In this document: positions 11,362-22,206 of the stretch, piece by piece
How the letters are laid out: every line of letters starts with the position of its first letter
How positions within the stretch are numbered: the stretch's first letter is position 1
DNA from: Octopus sinensis
Lineage: Eukaryota
Length of the DNA: 33,959 nucleotides
Assembly: GCF_006345805.1 (NCBI RefSeq)
Contig: NW_021831953.1
Span: 1 to 33,959, forward strand
Direction: 5' to 3'
Program-made: the position numbers and the translations under genes
The notes under the pieces: generated by a model
The model's database searches: none
Told to the model about the DNA's origin: nothing
What the model saw: only the letters and a program-made list of their open reading frames with translations

Positions 11362-11700
11362 GAGGCGCAATGGCCCAGTGGTTAGGGCAGCGGTTTCGAT
11401 TCTCAGAACGAGCGTTATGAGTGTTTATCGAACGAAAACTCTTAAAGTGAGACGAGTTTCCAGCAGGAGATGGTGGCGAACCCTGGTGTACTCTCATCAC
11501 AACATTCTCTCACTCCTGTTTCTATTTTACCTGTATTTCAAAGGGCCAGCCTTCTCCTACTCTGTGTCACGGGGAATTTCCACCAGAATTACGTTATGGG
11601 TGCACGTGTCTGTGTAGTTCTCTGTCACTTACACGTTAATTTCCCGAGCAAGCTGTTCCGTTGATTGGATCAATGGAACCCTTGTCGTCGTAACCGAAGG
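11362..11700 (+). mobile_element. SINE head A + tail 1 with internal deletions
   Basis: Homologous to 8222-8597. The segment between two GCGG tetramers in the tRNA head is deleted. Confidence 0.88.
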
Positions 11701-11705
11701 TATAC

Positions 11706-11934
11706 CTTTTCTTTATTACCCACAAGGGGCTAAACATAGAGGGGACAAACAAGGACAGACATAGGTATTAAATCGATTACATCAACCCCAGTGCGTAACT
11801 GGTACTTATTTAATCGACCCCGAAGGATGGAAGACAAAGTCGACCTCGGCGGAATTTGAAGTCAGAACATAACGGTAGCCGAAATACCACTAAGCATTTC
11901 GCCCGACATGCTAACGACTCTGCCAGCTCGCCGT
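11706..11934 (-). mobile_element. SINE family D monomer
   Basis: Reverse complement of 4208-4438. Confidence 0.9.
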
Positions 11935-11974
11935 CCTTAAAGAATACCGTGGTGGTAATATGTTGGGGGGGGGG

Positions 11975-12225
11975 GTATATCTGTGCGTATCATGTATTTA
12001 TGTCTGTGTTTGTCCCTCACCATTGCTTGACAACCGATGTTGGTCTGTTTACGTCATCGTAACTTAGCAGTTCGACAAAAGAGTCCGACAGAATAAGTAC
12101 TATTGGGCTCTTTTGAGAATAAAGAGAGGGAGAATAAATCCTGGGGTCGATTTGTTCGATTAAAGGCGGTGCTCCAGCATGGTCGCAGTCAAATGACTGA
12201 AACAAGTAAAAGAATAAAGAGAATA
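11975..12225 (+). mobile_element. SINE family C, 3' half
   Basis: TGTCTGTGTTTGTCCC..CATTGCTTGACAACCGATG...GGCGGTGCTCCAGCATGG...AAACAAGTAAAAGA matches 520-730. Confidence 0.88.
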
Positions 12226-12239
12226 CACACACACACATG

Positions 12240-12448
12240 TGTGATGATGATGCTGATGATTACAGCAGCGACAATGTCGACGATGATGTTAATGATGATG
12301 ATGACGATGGTGCTGGTGATGATGAGGATGATGACGATGGTGATGACGATGGTGATGACGATGATGATGATGCTGGTGATGATGGTGATGATGATGACGA
12401 CGGTGATGAGGATGATGACGATGACGATGACAATGACGATGATGATGA
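12240..12448. repeat. Degenerate (GAT)n trinucleotide tract
   Basis: Seen directly. Confidence 0.95.
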
Positions 12449-12585
12449 TACATACATGAACATCATCATCATCATAAATGCTATCACTTTACACCTCCTA
12501 CTCCCCTTCTCTTTCTCCCCTACTCCTCCTTTCCTTCTCCCTTACCCCACCTCGTTAATCCCTTTTTCCTTCTTTCCCTTCTCAT

Positions 12586-13001
12586 GTGCATCATGATCAT
12601 CATCATCATTGCTATGTCGCTGCTGTAATCATCGTCATCATCATCGTCATCATGATCATCGTCACCATCATCATCATCATCACCATCATCATCACCATCA
12701 TCATCATCATCGTCATCACCATCATCATCACAATCGTCATCAACATCATTAACATCATCATCATCATCATCATTAACATCATCGTCATCGTCATCATCAT
12801 CATCATCATCGTCATCCTCATCATCACCATCGTCATCATCATCACCATCATCATCACCATCATAATCATCGTCATCACCATCATCATCACCATCGTCATC
12901 ATCCTCATCATCACTATCACCATCGTCATCATCAGCATTAACATCACCGTCATCATCATTAACATCATCGTCATCATCATCATTAACATTGTCGCTGCTG
13001 T

Positions 13002-13043
<42 letters not shown>

Positions 13044-13135
13044 AATCGTCATCTTCATTATCACTTTCACCACAACAAGCATCATTCCCATCTTCATCCT
13101 TCTCATCATCATCCTCATCATCATCATCATTTCCA
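12586..13135. repeat. Degenerate (CAT)n trinucleotide tract, about 550 bp
   Basis: Seen directly; it explains the poly-I and poly-M ORFs. Confidence 0.95.
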
Positions 13136-13419
13136 ACGTAAACTGCCGCCAGTAACCTCCGCCGCCGCCGTCACCGACGTAACCTCACACACTCCCATCG
13201 CCATCCCCGCCCCCCACCCCGCCTTAATAATCGGTGGAGCGGAAGAACCAGCGCCCAGAAGAGCGATGTAGTGTTTGAAGCGCAAAGCGAAGTGTAAAAC
13301 GAAAAATATTTCTCAACGTTCAGAACAGAATACCATCACAGTTAAATGTATTTTCCACACTTGGCAAGCTGTAGACACCTCTGAGATTTATATTGCTCCA
13401 TATTTGTATGCATTGTGTG

Positions 13420-13960
13420 TATTTTTCTGTGTGTATGTATATATGTATCTGTATATGCTAATGTGTGTAGGGCTGTATGTATATGTACGTAAGATGTAAG
13501 TACATGATGTTAATGATATATATATATCACATATATTTGTATGTATATGTTTGCATGTATGTTTGCGTACATACATACATATACATATATAAATACATAC
13601 ATATACATATATATATATGTGTGTATATATATGCTTATATATACATATATGTATATATGTATATATATATACATGCATACATATGTATATGTATGCGTGT
13701 ATATATGTATATATATATATGTGTGTGTTTATGTATATGTATTTGTATATACATATGTATGTATATGTGTATGTATTTATATACAAATATATGTTTATAT
13801 ATGTATGTATACATGTATATATGTGTATACATGTAAATGTGCATGCATGTTGTATCTATATGTTTATATATATGTAAATTAATATATATATATGTAAATT
13901 AATATATATACATACAAAGATGCGCACATACACACACACACATATAAATATATATAAGTG
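13420..13960. repeat. (TA)n/(TATG)n low-complexity field
   Basis: Seen directly. Confidence 0.9.
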
Positions 13961-14308
13961 CATGACACGAAATCAAAGAACCTATACGATGCTGAGAGCT
14001 ATTTCGCTGAATGTAGGCCTGATAGATAGCTCGGCCGTCATGACACTAAAATGCATCAGTATGTATGAAACGTCAAAACAGTCAACGATTTCTCTGTGTG
14101 TATCAGAGATATTAGTAAAGTGAGATATGTGTTTTGGTAAGTATGAAATAAACTACGAGTACCGAGGAAAATATCGATATATTTTCGTACATACATTTTA
14201 AGGAAGCGAGCTGTTTCTCACACGCATTGACATGTGTATATTCTCATACACAGATATAAGCGACTACATACATACATACATACATACATACATGCATACA
14301 TATATATT

Positions 14309-14708
14309 TATTTCTTTATTTCCCACAGGGGGCTAAACACAGAGGGTACAAACAAGGACAGACAAACGTATTAAGTCGATTATATCGACCCCAGTGCGTA
14401 ACTGGTACTTATTTAATCGACCCCGAGAGGATGAAAAGCAAAGTCGTCCTCGGCGGAATTTGAACTCAGAACGTAGCGGCAGACGAAATACCCATTTCTT
14501 TACTACCCACAAGGGGCTAAACACAGAGGGTACAAACGGATTTAAGCCGATTATATCGACCCCAGTGCGTATCTGGTACTTAATTTATCGACCCCCAAAA
14601 GGATGAAAGGCAAAGTCGTCCTCGGCGGAATTTGAACTCAGAACGTAACGCAGATGAAATACCATTAAACATTTCGCCTGGCGTGCTAACGTTTCTCCCA
14701 GCTCGCCG
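14309..14708 (-). mobile_element. SINE family D, single-headed dimer
   Basis: One A-box head at the right end and two B-box-to-tail units joined at about 14490. Confidence 0.9.
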
Positions 14709-14812
14709 GCATACCAGTCTTGGAGCACTGCTATAGATGTCAAGAACGGTAATCGTTTGACATATAGCAGTACTAAAAAATACTTTATATAAGCATAACG
14801 ATTCTAAAAACC

Positions 14813-15211
14813 ACTAGCAGTATCGCCCGGCGTTGCTCGGGTTTGTAAGGGAAATAACTATATAAGCATTTTTAGAGATGTAAAGTATAATAGCCATCTC
14901 AATATGGCTAACCACAAAGGGGGGTGGTGTTACTGTAGCTTTTTACGTTCTGAGATTTAATAATACATTTTTAGAGAGTTACTTCCCTTATATATGCCAA
15001 AAATGCATTAAAAATGGGGAAAATTGATGGTAATTTTTTTTTAAATCGTAGACTCATCGTAGACGCGCGCTAATACCCAGAAGGGCTCGATATGAATCAC
15101 GACTATAAGATACCCGGTTTTGGTTAAACTGCACCGCAAAATGTGGGAGTAGTTAGGAATCTAAATCGTAGGAGACAGACAGCACACAACCTCTTTTTTA
15201 TATATAAAGAT
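14813..15211 (+). mobile_element. Non-autonomous Helentron/HINE-like (Lep1/DINE-like) element
   Basis: Starts ACTAGCAGTATCGCCCGGCGTTGCTCGGG and ends TTTTATATATAAAGAT, with no TSD. A second copy lies at 27545-27944. Family assignment comes from the terminal architecture only. Confidence 0.7.
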
Positions 15212-15250
15212 TACAAGTAGAAGCTTTGCTGACGTCAGTAGAATAATATT

Positions 15251-15912
15251 TAGTATATACTGACTTAGAAGTAACTTCATTGGAGCTGTACCCCGCAGCA
15301 GTAAAGCTTTAGCGACGAGTAACTACAGACAGAATTTTCTGTAAATGGAGCATTCTCCACCACATTCTCGATGATTATTGGAACGAATGAACTAATCTGG
15401 TTTAAAATTATGCAACATTAGTACGTCTACAAGAAGTAGAAATTTTGCCGATATCGATATATTTCTTTACTACCCACAAGGGGCTAAACACAGAGGGGAC
15501 AAACAAGGACAGATAAACGGATTAAGTCGATTATATCGACCCCAGTGCGTAACTGGTACTTAATTTATCGACCCCGAAAGGATGAAAGGCAAAGTCGACC
15601 TCGGCGAAATTTGAACCCAGAACGTAACGCCAGACGAAATACGGCTACGCATTTCTCCCGGCGTGCTAACGTTTCTGCCAGCTCGCCGACGATATCAATA
15701 GACAAATGTGTAGTATATTCTGATTTAGAATATTCTGATTTCATTGGAGCTGTACCACAGAGGAGTAACGCTTTTGCGAGGAGTATCTATAGTGAGAATT
15801 TTCCGTTGATGGAGAATTCCTTACCAGATTCTCAATGAGCATTAGAACAAGTGAATTAATCTGGCTTAAAATTGTGCAGCATTAGCACTGCTACTAACGA
15901 AGCTAGAAATTG
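15251..15912. repeat. Diverged direct duplication of a unique segment of about 200 bp (15251-15445 and 15710-15912), separated by a SINE
   Basis: Shared anchors TAGTATA, TTCATTGGAGCTGTACC, AGAATTTTC, TAATCTGG.TTAAAATT and TAGAAATT occur in the same order. Confidence 0.8.
15461..15688 (-). mobile_element. SINE family D monomer
   Basis: Reverse complement of 4208-4438. CGATATC on both flanks may be a TSD. Confidence 0.92.
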
Positions 15913-17619
15913 TTTATCCTTCGTTAGACATCATTTCCATTCATGCATAAATACCGCAAGCATGTAATGTACATAATGTAAAAGTTAGTTATTGCTCTCC
16001 AGACGCAATCGCTTTCACCATCGCATGTTAAAACAAAAGCTTACACTTCGTGTCTTCTACACCAGGTAACCCCCGCATCCCTTGTAACTTCCGAAATCAG
16101 TCAAGCTGTTTGCTGACGGCATTCTGTCTCTCCAAGCGGTGGCTTATGGTTGAACCCCTCATTCTGTTTCAGAAAATTCAAGCGGTACACAGCCATGTTT
16201 TAAATAGAAGCAGCATCTAGGAAAAATATTCCTTCAAGTCCAGTGACAGAGACTATGAACATTTTGATAAAAAATTTTACTAAAGCAAGAAAGACTGATC
16301 TTACTTATAGCCCCTGAGTGGTACCCTATCCACAAGTTCTTCAAAATATCCAGTAGATTCCGCAACATAAACACATATACTACCTAATAAATCTACTACT
16401 TTGCTACCACTGGTAGCAAAGAAATTTTCTAAATTTTTTTGCCACCCTGGAATTTATTAATAATGATATGATTTTTGGTTAATTTTGGAACAAAATCGGC
16501 ATCTTTTCGTATTTACTGCCGATAGAAAACCGCGCTTGCGCGGTGGATTTTGTAACTTTATAACATCTAAACACGAGGCATGTTCTATATCACATCGTCT
16601 TTATATGTTAACCTTGACTTTCCTGCTGACAAGAACTTCGCCAAGTAAATTATTTTATTTACTGAAGATTGCTTGAAACCATGGTACAGGAAGTAGAGGG
16701 TAAATGTTTTTAGTTTTCATTCCCTTTCGAAATTGATCCTAATAGTCGTCTGGAGTTTAACTACTCCTTCTAGAAGGTCGGATGTCCTGTTATAGCCATC
16801 TCTTATGTGTTTAAATGGATGCTGTAATTTTATAATAAATCTACTACGTTAGTTACAAACTTTCACACGTTATCCAATGAAAATATGGCTTTATGATCTT
16901 GCAGCATCACAGCACAACGTATGTACGACTTGACGTGCCATTGCGTCTCTGAAACTTCAAGTAATGCAGGTTTAAGCTACAGGTTAATAAGAAGGAACAC
17001 ACATGAGAAACAAGGGGAGAGAGGGAGAGGCGGAGAGGGGGAGAGAGAGAAACTCAAGACTAAATATCCTGATACACAGCTGAATGGTATATATAAAATA
17101 TATTGAGATAAATCTATAGACGTCCAAACATGGCGATGTTTTGTAATATATACACACACACGTATACACACACAAGCACATATACATACGTGTGTATGTG
17201 TGTGTGTGTGTGTGTTGTGTGTGTGTGTGTGTGGATGTATATATGTATATCTATAAGAACCCATTTTATATGTGTCAGTGCATTTCTGTGTCTAGGTGAA
17301 ACAATCTAATAGACAAAGCGAATAGGTATGCCGATAGAGGAATAGAAAACAAAAAAACAAAAAATAGAGTAGATTAATAGACAAATACGTAGATACAAGC
17401 AGGAAGGAATAGTTTGATTAAATATATACATACAGAGCTAGACATTCTTAAATACAGATAGCACAAAACGCACATACACACACACAAGCATACACACACA
17501 CACACAAGCATACACACACACACATATATATATATATACATATACATTTGTGTATGTATCCATACACCGATATCTATCTATATCAATCTAACTGCGTATG
17601 TATAGAATAATAACAATAA

Positions 17620-17661
17620 GTTCAACTACAACAGCAATAACATAATAATAATAATAATAAC

Positions 17662-17705
<44 letters not shown>

Positions 17706-17770
17706 TAATCATAATAAGAATAATATAATAATAATAATAAGTAGCAAACAATAATAATAATATTAATAAC
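17620..17770. repeat. (AAT)n/(AAC)n microsatellite
   Basis: Seen directly. Confidence 0.95.
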
Positions 17771-17779
17771 AATCTATAC

Positions 17780-18471
17780 ATATAGAGAAGATTATATGTA
17801 TACATATATATATATATATATTACGCATACATAGTATATGTACATATATACTACGTATATATATATATATATATATTTATATAATATTATATATATATAT
17901 ATTGTATATGTACATGTATATATATATATGCATGTTTATATATATATATATATATATACAGACATAGACATATGTGATGCTATATAATCTATATATATAT
18001 ATATATATACAGACATATACATATATATGTGTGTATATATATATATACACACACGTACACACACACACACACACACACACCAATATGTATATATAATATA
18101 TGGAAAAAGAGATCGACTCACATACACATATTTAGATAATTTAGATAAACATAGATAAATTCACGACAGGATAGATGGACACACAGACAGAAGAGCAACG
18201 ACAGATATCAGACATCAATAGGAAATGTTTAACCGAAATAAAAAGAGAGATAAAGAATAAGAAATGAAGCATAAAGGTCTTGTTTTTCTTTCAATTTGTT
18301 ATTTTTGCTGTTGCCCACTTGGAATTAAGGGACCCGAGGGCTAAGAGAAACAGACGAATATTGGCTGGAGCAGCAATTAGAAAATGTGTGGGAACATACA
18401 CACATGTTTATTCTTACATACCTACATATATATATATATATATATCATATATATAAGATATATATATATAT

Positions 18472-18502
<31 letters not shown>

Positions 18503-18818
18503 TGTGTGTGGTGTGTGTATGTGGGTGTATAGATATGTAAACATATATGAGTATGTTATATATGTATGTGTGCGTGGGTTTGAATATTATGTATGTGTGT
18601 ATATATTCGGGTTGAGGGATTTATAGATATGTAAATTCCAATGCATGCAGAAACACACACACACACACGTATGTAAGTGTTTTTATTTGTATATTAATAT
18701 AGCCATATATATATAACATAAATGTATATATATCTATATATAAATATATACACATGTGTATATATCTATATATGTATATATATATACACACATATATAAT
18801 ATATATACCACACACACT

Positions 18819-18875
<57 letters not shown>

Positions 18876-19345
18876 TATGTATGAGCACATATGTATTTAT
18901 ATACGTATGCATCATTAAATGACATCTTGAATTTCATACGTCTGGTATCAGCTACTGCCAATGGTTACATCTTGTAAATCATTTAATTCGATTCTTAGTA
19001 TGTATGGTTTTCTAGGATTATATATAACATATACACACACACACACACAAATATATTTACTCTGTGCTCGTATATATATATATATATAAGACCAAGAGGA
19101 GAAGAGAGAGAATTAGTGATGCAGTCAGATACCCTACATATGATACCCAACGGTAAATGATATATATACATGCATATATATATATATATAATATTACATA
19201 TTATATATATGTATATATATATGTATATATATATGTATATAAATATATATATATATATATAGATATATATATATATATTGTTTAATAAATATATATATAT
19301 ATATATTATATATTATATAAATATATATATATATATAATATGTGT
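17780..19345. repeat. (TA)n/(CA)n/(TG)n field with short unique islands
   Basis: Seen directly. Confidence 0.9.
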
Positions 19346-19349
19346 GTGT

Positions 19350-19555
19350 GTGACTCGTGTGTAGCGTTGGCGATTTTTTCTCTGTCTTCCCTTCTCTGGA
19401 TCTTTCCTTCTCCTATGTTTCTGACGACGAGCTCCGCTCGAAACGTTAAACCCTCCTTCTGGCCTTCCTTCGTGAGCGTCCAATAATACTATATTTGTTC
19501 CACGTCTCGCGTTGTTGTGTTTTCTCTTTGTGTTTTCGCGTTTGGATTAACTGTT
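19350..19555 (+). mobile_element. Putative Penelope-like terminal-repeat (pLTR) fragment or retrozyme-like unit carrying a hammerhead motif
   Basis: Pyrimidine-rich island of about 200 bp between microsatellites, containing the hammerhead motif below. Minimal hammerheads are an established feature of PLE terminal repeats. Boundaries are approximate. Confidence 0.55.
19417..19451 (+). ncRNA. Minimal type-I hammerhead ribozyme motif
   Basis: GTTT-CTGACGA-C-GAGC-TCC-GCTC-GAA-ACGT-T-AAAC: stem I GTTT/AAAC, CUGANGA core, 4-bp stem II, GAAA, palindromic stem III ACGT, and GUU cleavage triplet. Confidence 0.75.
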
Positions 19556-19862
19556 TATGTATATACGTGTGTCTGTTTGTGCGCGCATGTATGTATGCCT
19601 CTACGAATGCATGCATTTATGTATTTATGCCTGTATGTATTTGTGTGTGGATAAACACTTTCATGCATATCTAAGATAAAATGTGTTGAACTGATGGAAA
19701 CATGGTCTATCCTTTTACTGATATTGTCAATCAGAACATTTGTCTATTGAGTCCCTCTATGTTAATCCTCGTACACCTAGACCCCATGTCTACCTTTACC
19801 CTTCCACTGAGTTTCTCTGCCAAAAAAAAAATAGAAAGAATTATAAAATAAAATAAATTGAT

Positions 19863-20159
19863 AGCCTCGGTTTCAGAGGCCCACAGCTCTTCAATATCCA
19901 CCCGAAGGACCTGAGAGACCTGCATGGGGTGGATGCGGATGTCTTTAAAATAAAGCTGGACCTCTTCCTGTCAGGTGTCCCAGATGAACCAACTTCACGG
20001 CAGGAGGTGCAGATGAGGGCAGCTGCATCGAACTCTCTCATGCACCAAATGTCAATTGCTAAAAAGCATTCGTGAAGTAAAATCATGTAGCAACACCGAA
20101 TGGCGGTGCCCCAGCATGGCCACAGCTCGTAAGCTGAAACTAGATGAAATGAAATGAAA
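19863..20159 (+). mobile_element. 5'-truncated CR1/L2-group LINE: ORF2 C-terminus, 3' UTR and (GAAAT)n tail
   Basis: Open frame 19863-20075: SLGFRGPQLFNIHPKDLRDLHGVDADVFKIKLDLFLSGVPDEPTSRQEVQMRAAASNSLMHQMSIAKKHS*, a typical RT-protein C-terminus (GPxLFNxLP...FKxKLDxFL..VPDEP). Followed by a short UTR and pentamer tail. Confidence 0.85.
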
Positions 20160-20823
20160 AAGAATTGGCATACAAATTAATGGACAGAGTCGGCTGGATC
20201 TTTTTCTACGTGTTTAGTTTATTACCAGTTTACCTGGAAATCAGGTAAAGGTTACCTTTACCCTATTCCCTCTATATTGGGACATGGCGTACCAAGGTTA
20301 ACATCCGTACGGTGTCATTTGATACAGATGAGGTTGCTATTGCTAACAGATCTTATGAGCACGTAGAATATCTGTTATTGGTTTTTATTGTTTTCCGCAT
20401 TCTTATTTGGTGCCGGTGTTATGGTTATCGGCAATCCATTCATAAAAATCTTGTGCTGTTTTGTATTAAGAGTACAAATCCATTACTCAGGCTATCGTTT
20501 ATTTGGTAAGGTCAAGAATCAATAAGGGATTTGACTGCTATGTTTAGCAGGCCGAGTTTGTGTTTGATTCACTGTTGTTAGAGTTATTCTAGTTTGACAC
20601 CAGATAAATTTGTCCCTGAAGAGAGGCAATAGAAGAGGATTGAAGCAACTAAAAATAGTTTTGGTCGATGCACCTGTTGTTGCCTGTCCATAAAATAGGA
20701 TAACGTACATGCTATTTTACTAGTAAAAGTAGTAAATTCATCTACATTCAATGTTTTATATTATATTTTCAACCCATATTTAGACTGAGGAGAAGGGTTA
20801 GCTACAACCTCATTGAAGACGAA

Positions 20824-21241
20824 GGATCTTTTCGGTTTGAACGGCTGTTTTTTCTAGCGGTGTCATATGAAATTGTCACCAATAATTATGACCCTAGTAT
20901 CGATCTATTGCATTTCAGTCTGTTTTAGAGTTAGGGTTTGGGGTGGGGGAAGGGTATCTTTTTTTCTTCAGAAATGTAAATAACCTCAATCTGTTTCTTA
21001 AACGAGGGACATATTCATACGGCACAGAATTTTTTTTTACCTCAATGGACGCCACTGATTAGTTGAAATTGCAGAAATTGAAGAAAAAAAAACAACAAAT
21101 ATCTTACAAACCATAGAATTTTCTCAATAAAGCCAAGAGAAAAATATGTTTTATAAACACATTCTACCAGTATACGAAATTTAAAATTTTTTAGTTGCCT
21201 AGAAATTATGTTAAAAACTACCGTTCAAACCGAAAAGATCC
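20824..21241 (+). mobile_element. MITE with 21-bp TIRs and 8-bp TSD (Merlin-like by GG termini), copy 1
   Basis: GGATCTTTTCGGTTTGAACGG ... CCGTTCAAACCGAAAAGATCC, with perfect TSD AAGACGAA at 20816-20823 and 21242-21249. Confidence 0.9.
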
Positions 21242-21289
21242 AAGACGAATTGTCCTTTTGGTGACCTCATAATCTTCTTTATCATAACT

Positions 21290-21760
21290 ACATCACATTA
21301 CCAAACTACAAAATTCTTCAATAAGGTCAATTGCCGAGAACGTTTCGAAACACTTTGCTTCTATTATTTATCGTGCGATTTAGAAATAATTCAAAATTAC
21401 TGTCGTCGCTTCTGTAGTGAGCAAGTAACTGACGAGTGAATCACTGTTGAAGTATACACATGCATGGTATTTATGTCTAATCGGATTTACACCATTGCTA
21501 AGTACGTAGCTGTCTTGAAGAGACTCTCAAATGTTCAAGAAGTATTTTCGATTACAGGAAAGATCTCCGGCAATAATTTTGTTATTGGGTAAATTTTGGA
21601 GTTGAAGAAAATTCCCTTGGGATAAATAATGTACAGAAGAAAATTGAAATCCAGTGAGATGTGGTTTCGGTTTAAAACATGATATGAGCACCGAACTAAA
21701 TAGCTTATATAGTATCCATTGCAAACGGATCTGGCTCCTGACAGTCTCGCTAAATGCCAA
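21290..21760 (-). mobile_element. Possible degraded APE-type endonuclease of a LINE
   Basis: Minus frame FLQLQNLPNNKIIAGDLSC (like IIxGDFN), followed after a stop by LSNGVNPIR and SLVSYLLTT (like LNxGxPTR and SxIDLxL). Weak and decayed. Confidence 0.4.
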
Positions 21761-21829
21761 TTTAGATATAATAAACGGTAAGTAGAAATATAATATAATT
21801 TAAAAGGAAAAACAAAATATCAACAGCAT

Positions 21830-21907
21830 ATTGTATATATATATATATATATATGCGTGTGCGTGTACATACAAAAACACATTGAATGCATATTCCATAT
21901 ATATATA

Positions 21908-21953
<46 letters not shown>

Positions 21954-22152
21954 CTAAACGTACATGTATAAAATTACATATATGTTCATAACAATATATG
22001 TGTATAATATAATAGACAGCTATACATACATATCACTATATATGTATATAATATATACCTATACATACATACACACACATACATAATACGCTCGCGCACA
22101 CGCACACCTATATATACGTGTATATATATATATATATGTATGTATGTATATA

Positions 22153-22206
<54 letters not shown>

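Noticed and set aside
12237-13155. Poly-Asp, poly-Ser, poly-Ile and poly-Met ORFs (aspein-like acidic protein?)
   Set aside because: They are explained by degenerate GAT/CAT repeats that are open in several frames on both strands. There is no signal peptide, splice context or unique domain.
14107-16065. Joining the two plus-strand candidate exons into one gene
   Set aside because: The only phase-compatible join creates TG+A, an in-frame stop.
16221-16310. AGC-kinase-tail-like (HFDK..FT..LT) or DIRS RNase H-like (LLIAPEW) peptides
   Set aside because: Each needs a frameshift and is bounded by stops. The similarity is too short to support either.
16662-16687. Second hammerhead-like string CTGAAGA-TTGCTT-GAAACCATGGTA
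   Set aside because: Stem II cannot pair (U-U closing) and stem I is not complementary, despite the palindromic ACCATGGT.
17296-17325. 30-nt AG/GT-bounded microexon
   Set aside because: Stop codons in all three frames.
18310-18345. Collagen-like GIKGPEG peptide
   Set aside because: Only two Gly-X-Y triplets, ending in a stop, with no acceptor site.
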